Shown piece by piece: positions 58,283-64,000 of a DNA stretch of 64,000 nt. Source of the stretch: Candidatus Sumerlaeota bacterium (GTDB lineage Bacteria > Sumerlaeota > Sumerlaeia > UBA8349). The position numbers and the translations under genes were made by a program. How positions within the stretch are numbered: the stretch's first letter is position 1; each line of letters opens with the position of its first letter. The stretch lies in assembly GCA_016931035.1 (NCBI GenBank), contig JAFGFN010000140.1, positions 1,178 to 65,177 of the forward strand, read 5' to 3'. The notes beneath the pieces are model-generated. The model was given only the letters and a program-made list of their open reading frames with translations. It had not been told where the DNA came from and made no database searches.

Positions 58283-59517
58283 GCGTGAATCGAGACCGGG
58301 TAAACAGCCTTCTGGTGGTGCTGACCTTGCTCGTCCTGGTCGCCGCGGCCGGCATGTTGTTCTGGGTCGAGCGCCAGTACACCCGCCAGATCGACACGCT
58401 CGTGCAGTCCACGCGCGATCAGTTCCAGAGGGCCAACGTCCTGAGAACGCCCAGCGACCTGACGCCCAACTTCGCCGAGATCGAAGACTTGGCGCGCAAA
58501 GCGCAGACCTGGCAGCTGATCCGCCGCGTCTTCGTCACCCGCATCGTCGCCGGGCGCGCGGAACCCGTCCTGATGTATCCCTTCTGGTACGCGATGGAAC
58601 ATCCCGATTGGGAGGAGGAGCTCGCGTTGCTTCACGCCGAGCCCGTCGAACGGAACGGTCAAACGGTCGGCGTGGTGTACCTGGACCTGGACCGTCGGGC
58701 CCTGGTGGGGGTGCGCGCCTCGATCGGGATCGTTTTGGGGCTTATCGTCGTGGCGCTGCTGACCCTGGCCGCGCGGATCTTCACCCAGGAGAAGGTCCTG
58801 ACGGCGACGACCCAAATCCTCGAAGAGAACCAGCGCGAGTTGATCCGGCTCGAACGCCTGTCGCTCGCCGGGCTCCTGACGGCGAACATCTTCCACGACA
58901 TTCGCAAGCCGATGACCAACATCAAGCACGAGATCGGCGACCTGAGCGAGGCCCTCGGCGGGTTCGCCGGGGCGACCCGCGCCTTGCGCAACATCCGCGA
59001 GCAGGTCAATCTCTTCTTCGACATTCTCAACGAACTGAACATCGAGCGCTTCGTCCGCGCCGACCAGGCCGACGAGGAGTACGTCGATATCAACCGGGTC
59101 GTCGAGCAGTCGATCCGGCTCGTCCAGTACGAACGCGGCTCGACGCAGCTGAGCGTCTCGCTCGCGCCGGGAGTTCCCCTCATCCTGGCCCACCCGTTCC
59201 GGCTGGTCCAAGTGCTCTCGAACATCGTCCTCAACGCCTACCAGGCCCTCCAGGGGCGAGGCGAGCTGCGGGTCCTGACCCGGACCGACGGCGTGCGCGT
59301 CACCGTCGAGATCGCCGACAACGGCCCCGGGATTCCTCCGGCGGACCTCGAGCGGATCTTCTCGCCCTTCTTCAGCGGCAAGTCGTCCGACAAGGGAACC
59401 GGGCTCGGGCTTTACATCTCGCGCAGCATCGTCGAAGAGATGGGGGGCACGATCCGCGGCGACAGCGTCGTCGGCCACGGCGCCACCTTCACCGTCTCGA
59501 TTCCCGTCTCGGATTGA
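58276..59517 (+). CDS. Sensor histidine kinase
   Basis: N-terminal TM helix. H-box LAGLLTANIFHDIRKP. HATPase_c N, G1 and G2 boxes (NAYQAL, DNGPGI, GTGLGL). Confidence 0.85.
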   Translation: MVSVNRDRVNSLLVVLTLLVLVAAAGMLFWVERQYTRQIDTLVQSTRDQFQRANVLRTPSDLTPNFAEIEDLARKAQTWQLIRRVFVTRIVAGRAEPVLMYPFWYAMEHPDWEEELALLHAEPVERNGQTVGVVYLDLDRRALVGVRASIGIVLGLIVVALLTLAARIFTQEKVLTATTQILEENQRELIRLERLSLAGLLTANIFHDIRKPMTNIKHEIGDLSEALGGFAGATRALRNIREQVNLFFDILNELNIERFVRADQADEEYVDINRVVEQSIRLVQYERGSTQLSVSLAPGVPLILAHPFRLVQVLSNIVLNAYQALQGRGELRVLTRTDGVRVTVEIADNGPGIPPADLERIFSPFFSGKSSDKGTGLGLYISRSIVEEMGGTIRGDSVVGHGATFTVSIPVSD

Positions 59518-59614
59518 ATCCCTCGTTAACCCGGTCGTGATGGACCGTGCGACGGCCTTCGCGTGTGTCTGACAATGAGTCGTAAGACGCGCCGAGCCTG
59601 GAGCTCGGCGGTTC

Positions 59615-59817
59615 ATTCCTTGTTTGTCGTTCCAACTTCAGTGGGCCCACCGCAACCGCAAACCCAGGGTTCGGAGCAAGCTGGGAAAGGAATCTCTTCT
59701 CTCCAGAAGGCAGGGACCGGCCTTCGCCTCGGCCAAGTTGTCGGGACTTCTTAATCCCGGACTCCTCGGCAATCGCGGACCCATCTGGCCAACTGAAGTT
59801 GGAACAACGAACAAGGC
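59615..59817. mobile_element. MITE-like element of family C (about 200 bp, 30-bp TIRs GCCTTGTT(T/C)GT(C/T)GTTCCAACTTCAGT(G/T)GGCC)
   Basis: Terminal inverted repeats bound a 150-bp interior. Same TIR sequence as the hairpin at 17711-17795. Confidence 0.7.
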
Positions 59818-59845
59818 TTCCCGACGCGCTTCCTGTGATCGCACG

Positions 59846-60724
59846 TCAGACACGCTCGAACGCCGCGGCCACGGCGCGGTCGATCGCTTCGGAATCGACG
59901 GCCAGGGCGGCATCCGGTCGGTTCGAGAGGTTCGAGATATACAGGAGGTATTCTCGGTTCCCCGCCGGGCCCAGGATGGGCGAGGGGATCGGGCCCGCCG
60001 CGACGAGCCCGAGGGACGGAAGAACTTCGAGAACGATCCGGCGCAATACCGAGCGATGCACCTCGGGGTCGCGCACCACGCCCCCTTTGCCGACCTTCTC
60101 GGGCCCGGCCTCGAACTGCGGTTTCACGAGAACCACCATCTGCTTCTCGCCGTCGGGCCGAAGCAGAGTCTCTGCGGCGGGCAGAATCTTCTCGAGCGAA
60201 ATGAACGAGACATCGCCCACGACGAGGTCCACGGGCTCGGGCAGGCTCTCGGCCGTGAGGTAGCGCGCATTGGTCTTCTCCATCGCGACGACGCGCGGGT
60301 CCGCGCGCAATCGCGCATCGAGTTGGCTCGTCCCGACGTCGATCGCATAGACCCGTTCCGCGCCGTGTTGGAGAAGGCAATCGGTGAACCCGCCGGTCGA
60401 CGCGCCGATGTCGGCGCACACGCGCGGACAAGGCGTGAGGCCGGGGAAGGCGTCGATCGCCGCCTGAAGTTTCCACCCGCCCCGGCTGACGAACCGATCG
60501 TGGAGGTCGCGGACCTCGAGATCGGCGTCCGCCGCGATCCGCGCGCCCGGCTTGTCGAGGACGTCCGTCCCGAGACGCACCTGGCCCGCCCGGATGACGC
60601 GTTGCGCCTGTTCGCGCGAGGACACGATCCCGCGTTCGACAAGAATCAGATCGAGACGTTTCTTTCCCGTTTTGGCCACTTGGCGACATTCCCCGACGGA
60701 CGGCGTTGGTCCCGTCTCATTCAT
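59846..60724 (-). CDS. tlyA: TlyA-family 23S/16S rRNA (cytidine-2'-O)-methyltransferase
   Basis: N-terminal S4 domain (KKRLDLILVERGIVSSREQAQRVIRAG). FtsJ-like methyltransferase motif DIGASTGGFTD. Confidence 0.85.
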   Translation of the reverse strand: MNETGPTPSVGECRQVAKTGKKRLDLILVERGIVSSREQAQRVIRAGQVRLGTDVLDKPGARIAADADLEVRDLHDRFVSRGGWKLQAAIDAFPGLTPCPRVCADIGASTGGFTDCLLQHGAERVYAIDVGTSQLDARLRADPRVVAMEKTNARYLTAESLPEPVDLVVGDVSFISLEKILPAAETLLRPDGEKQMVVLVKPQFEAGPEKVGKGGVVRDPEVHRSVLRRIVLEVLPSLGLVAAGPIPSPILGPAGNREYLLYISNLSNRPDAALAVDSEAIDRAVAAAFERV

Positions 60725-60847
60725 CTCTTCATAATCCCCGAACCCGCGGACCGCAAGAAGAAGCGCGTTCCCTCTCTACGCCCCGCTGGGATCGGACGAT
60801 CCTTAAGAGCTTGACAATCCGGTCGCGCGGCGGCGAATCTAGCTGGC

Positions 60848-62974
60848 ATGAAATCCTCGAAGGTTCCCGCCCTCCCAGGTCTTCTGGTCGTCCTCTTCTC
60901 ATCGTCTCTTCCGAGCGTCGCGCAGGCCTACGTCGGACCCGGCGCGGGATTCGCCTTCGTTTCGTCCTTCTTTATCATGTTCGCCACGTTCCTCGTCGTC
61001 GGCGCGGTGCTGGCCACGTGGCCGCTCCGGTGGGTGTTTCTCGCGTTGCGGTCCCGCAAGGCCCGCCGCCGGAGCCGCGTGCGGAAGGTAGTCGTCCTCG
61101 GGCTCGACGGCCTGGACCCGGATCTGACCGAGAAGTGGATGAACGAGGGCGCGCTCCCCAACTTCGCGCGGCTTCGCGACCAAGGGTCGTTCCGGCGGCT
61201 TCGCACCACGTTTCCCGCCGTCTCGCCCGTGGCCTGGTCTTCGTTCCAGACCGGATGCAATCCGGGTCGCCACCGGATATTCGATTTTCTCGAACCCAAC
61301 CGGCGAAGCCATCTGCCCGAGCTCTCTTCGGCCCGGATTGGGCCGCCGCGGCGAGTCTTGCGTTTGGGACGTTGGCGCATTCCGCTGAGCAAACCCGACA
61401 TCGAACTGCGCCGCAAGAGCCGACCGTTTTGGTGCATCCTGGGCGACCACGGCGTCTTCTCCTCGGTGATCCGAGTGCCGATTACGTTCCCGCCCGAGAA
61501 GTTCCGAGGCGTGTCGCTCTCCGGGATGTGCGTACCCGATCTCAAGGGCACCCAAGGGACTTTCGCCTACTACAGCGACGATCCGGCGGACGAAGCACGT
61601 CTCACCGGCGGGACCCACGTCGCGGTCCGTCTCGAAAACGGCGTCGCCCGCACCCACGTCGCCGGACCCGAGAACGCGCTTCGCGAAGGCGCGGGCGAGA
61701 TCCGCATCCCCCTGACTCTCCGCGTCGGAAAGAACGGTTCCGGCGTTCAGGCCATGGTCGGCGGCGCGCGATACGCATTGCCGCTGCGCGAGTACACCCC
61801 GTGGATTCCGCTCGAGTTTCGTCCGGGTCTCGGGACCCGCGTCCGCGGGACGTGCCGATTCTACCTGAAGGAGACCGAGCCGCATCTTCGGCTCTACATG
61901 TCGCCCATCCAGATCGATCCCGAGCGGCCGGCGCTCCCGATTTCGCATCCCTACGCCTACTCGGTCTATCTCGCGAAGACCCAAGGCCCGTTCGCCACCC
62001 TCGGCCTGGCCGAAGACACCTGGGCGCTCAACGAACGCGTCCTCGACGAAGACGCCTTTCTCCAGCAGGTCTATTCGATCCACCAGGAACGCGAGCGGAT
62101 GTTCTTCGACGCGATCGACAAAACCCGGCGCGGACTCACCGCCTGCGTGTTCGACGCGACGGACCGCATCCAACACATGTTCTGGCGCACGCTCGAAGCC
62201 GATCATCCCTCGAACCGCGATAAGGAAGCGGAAGAGTATCGCGATACGATTCCGGATTTGTATCGCCGGATGGACGACCTCGTCGGCCGCACGATGGCGA
62301 AGATCGAAGACGACTCGGTCCTGATCGTCATGTCGGACCACGGTTTCAAGTCGTTCCAGCGCGGGGTGAATCTCAATTCGTGGCTCCTGAAGAACGGCTA
62401 CCTGGCCGTGAAGGGAGACAGCGCCTCGGGCAAGGAGTGGTTCGAAGAGGTGGATTGGAGCCGCACCCGCGCCTCCGCCGTCGGGTTGGGAGGGATCTAC
62501 CTCAACATGGCCGGACGCGAGCGCGACGGCATCGTCCAGCGCGGCGAGGAGGCCGAGACGCTCAAACGCGAGATCGGGGAAAAGTTGCGCGCCCTGGTCG
62601 ATGAGGAGCGCCGCACACCCGCCGTGCGCGACGTGTACGACTCGCGCGAAGTGTACAAAGGGCCGTACGTGGACGAAGCGCCCGACCTCCTGGTCGGGTT
62701 CGCGCTGGGGTACCGCGCTTCGTGGGGGTGCGCCACGGGTCTTGTGGACGACCGCGTGTTCGAGGATAATGAAAAAAGCTGGAGCGGCGATCACTGCGTG
62801 AACCCCGAGGACGTCCCCGGCGTGTTCTTCGCCAGTCGCCCGATCGCCTCGGACGCGCCGCACATCATGGACATCGCTCCGACGGTTCTGGACCTGTTTG
62901 GGCTGGACGTTCCGGCGTACTGCGACGGCGCGCCGCTGATGCCGGCGGACGAACGTGCCGCCGCGGAAACATGA
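60848..62974 (+). CDS. Membrane-anchored type I phosphodiesterase / nucleotide pyrophosphatase family (PF01663) protein
   Basis: N-terminal signal and TM. Motif VVVLGLDGLDPDLTEKWMNEGALPNFARL. Confidence 0.75.
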   Translation: MKSSKVPALPGLLVVLFSSSLPSVAQAYVGPGAGFAFVSSFFIMFATFLVVGAVLATWPLRWVFLALRSRKARRRSRVRKVVVLGLDGLDPDLTEKWMNEGALPNFARLRDQGSFRRLRTTFPAVSPVAWSSFQTGCNPGRHRIFDFLEPNRRSHLPELSSARIGPPRRVLRLGRWRIPLSKPDIELRRKSRPFWCILGDHGVFSSVIRVPITFPPEKFRGVSLSGMCVPDLKGTQGTFAYYSDDPADEARLTGGTHVAVRLENGVARTHVAGPENALREGAGEIRIPLTLRVGKNGSGVQAMVGGARYALPLREYTPWIPLEFRPGLGTRVRGTCRFYLKETEPHLRLYMSPIQIDPERPALPISHPYAYSVYLAKTQGPFATLGLAEDTWALNERVLDEDAFLQQVYSIHQERERMFFDAIDKTRRGLTACVFDATDRIQHMFWRTLEADHPSNRDKEAEEYRDTIPDLYRRMDDLVGRTMAKIEDDSVLIVMSDHGFKSFQRGVNLNSWLLKNGYLAVKGDSASGKEWFEEVDWSRTRASAVGLGGIYLNMAGRERDGIVQRGEEAETLKREIGEKLRALVDEERRTPAVRDVYDSREVYKGPYVDEAPDLLVGFALGYRASWGCATGLVDDRVFEDNEKSWSGDHCVNPEDVPGVFFASRPIASDAPHIMDIAPTVLDLFGLDVPAYCDGAPLMPADERAAAET

Positions 62975-62990
62975 GAGAAAAGTGCGACCC

Positions 62991-64000
62991 ATGAAACCGA
63001 TCTCCAGACGACAGGTTCTCAAGGGAATGGCGCTGGGCGCCGGTCTCGCCGCGATGCCGTCGCCCCTCGCCGATTGGCTCGGCTCGCGTCGCGCTTGGGC
63101 CTCGGGCGGCGGACGCGGACGCAAGCTCCTGATCCTCGGGATCGACGGTCTCGATCCGCGCCTCCTGACGCAATACATGGACGAAGGGATTCTCCCCAAT
63201 TTCCGGCGTTTCGCTTCGGAGGGAGACTTTTGTCCGATGCGGACCACCATGCCGCCGCAGAGTCCCGTGGCGTGGTCGTCGTTCATCACCGGGATGGACC
63301 CGGGCGGACACGGGATCTTCGACTTCGTCCATCGCGACCCCAAGACCATGGCGCCGTACTTCTCGATGTCGCGCACCGAAGCGGCCCGTCGTCGGATCGA
63401 CGTCGGGTCGTGGGTGGTCCCTCTTTCGTCGGGCAAAGCGATTCAGCTACGCAAAGGCCGCGCCTTCTGGCAGATCCTCGAAGACCACGGCATTCCCACC
63501 ATGATCGTCCGAATGCCCGCGAACTTTCCTCCCGTGTTTTCCAAGGGCAAATCGCTCTCGGGCATGGGGACCCCCGATCTGGTCGGGACGATGGGAGGGC
63601 AGTTCTCGTTCTTCACCACGCGCCTGCCCGACGACGCCTCGGAATTCTCGGGCGGCAAGGCCTACAAGGTCGAGGTGCGCGACCGTCGCGTCGACGCCGA
63701 GCTGACCGGTCCGGCCAACTCGTTCCGCCGCGTCGAGAAGAAATCGCTCATCAAACGACGCGACAAGAAACCCGAGTACGAAAACCCGCCTCTCAAGGCC
63801 CCGTTCACCGTCGATCTCGATCCTTCCGAACCGATCGCGAAGTTCTCGGTCGGCGACACCGAGTTCATTCTCAAGGAAGGCGAATGGAGCGACGCCGTGC
63901 GGGTCGAGTTCACGGCGGTTCCCGGAGCCGTCCACGTGAGCGCGGTCGCGTGGTTCCATCTCCAACAGGTGCGGCCCGAGTTCAAACTCTACGTCTCGCC
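62991..64000 (+). CDS. Tat-secreted PF01663 phosphodiesterase paralog (partial; runs off the window)
   Basis: MKPISRRQVLKGMALGAGLAA twin-arginine signal. Motif LLILGIDGLDPRLLTQYMDEGILPNFRRF paralogous to the upstream gene. Not in the ORF track because it has no stop inside the window. Confidence 0.7.
   Translation, partial: MKPISRRQVLKGMALGAGLAAMPSPLADWLGSRRAWASGGGRGRKLLILGIDGLDPRLLTQYMDEGILPNFRRFASEGDFCPMRTTMPPQSPVAWSSFITGMDPGGHGIFDFVHRDPKTMAPYFSMSRTEAARRRIDVGSWVVPLSSGKAIQLRKGRAFWQILEDHGIPTMIVRMPANFPPVFSKGKSLSGMGTPDLVGTMGGQFSFFTTRLPDDASEFSGGKAYKVEVRDRRVDAELTGPANSFRRVEKKSLIKRRDKKPEYENPPLKAPFTVDLDPSEPIAKFSVGDTEFILKEGEWSDAVRVEFTAVPGAVHVSAVAWFHLQQVRPEFKLYVS

Noticed and set aside
60899-63436. 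845-aa ORF on the minus strand
   Set aside because: It is antisense to the two PF01663 phosphodiesterase genes, which have clear family motifs and signal peptides. It has no recognisable domain.

Overview
This is a 64-kb chromosomal window with about 67% GC. It probably comes from an uncultured Gram-negative bacterium, since lpxK, mreCD-rodA and an RND efflux pump are present. No rRNA, tRNA or CRISPR array was detected. Nearly all long ORFs listed on the strand opposite the real genes are high-GC artefacts. About 55 protein-coding genes are supportable. They include dut, cysE, aroA, znuACB, bcp, lpxK, ndk, gatC, accBC, bshA-like, rodA, mreCD, argG, an RND pump, tlyA and two PF01663 phosphodiesterases. 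Seven things stand out. (1) A giant 1700-aa surface protein carries about 20 tandem YAYFGT/VKVALG repeats of roughly 58 aa. (2) A ribbon-helix-helix plus zinc-ribbon mini-protein sits immediately upstream of znuACB, behind an AT-rich palindromic promoter. (3) A 2.2-kb islet at about 56% GC (49.7-51.9 kb) encodes an overlapping Schlafen/AlbA_2-HATPase_c_4 protein and a ParA-like ATPase, a candidate uncharacterised defence or addiction module. (4) At least three families of palindromic interspersed repeats occur, one showing a clear MITE insertion signature with a 12-bp target-site duplication directly after the znuB stop codon. (5) Two loci share an identical 33-nt (TTCATCC)-heptad array, which reads as GGAUGA repeats on the gene strand. 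(6) A lone, shortened FlgB/FlgC-like rod protein gene is present. (7) The intergenic regions are rich in UUCG-tetraloop hairpins. Coordinates were worked out by hand from the ORF track, so start positions may be off by a few nucleotides.
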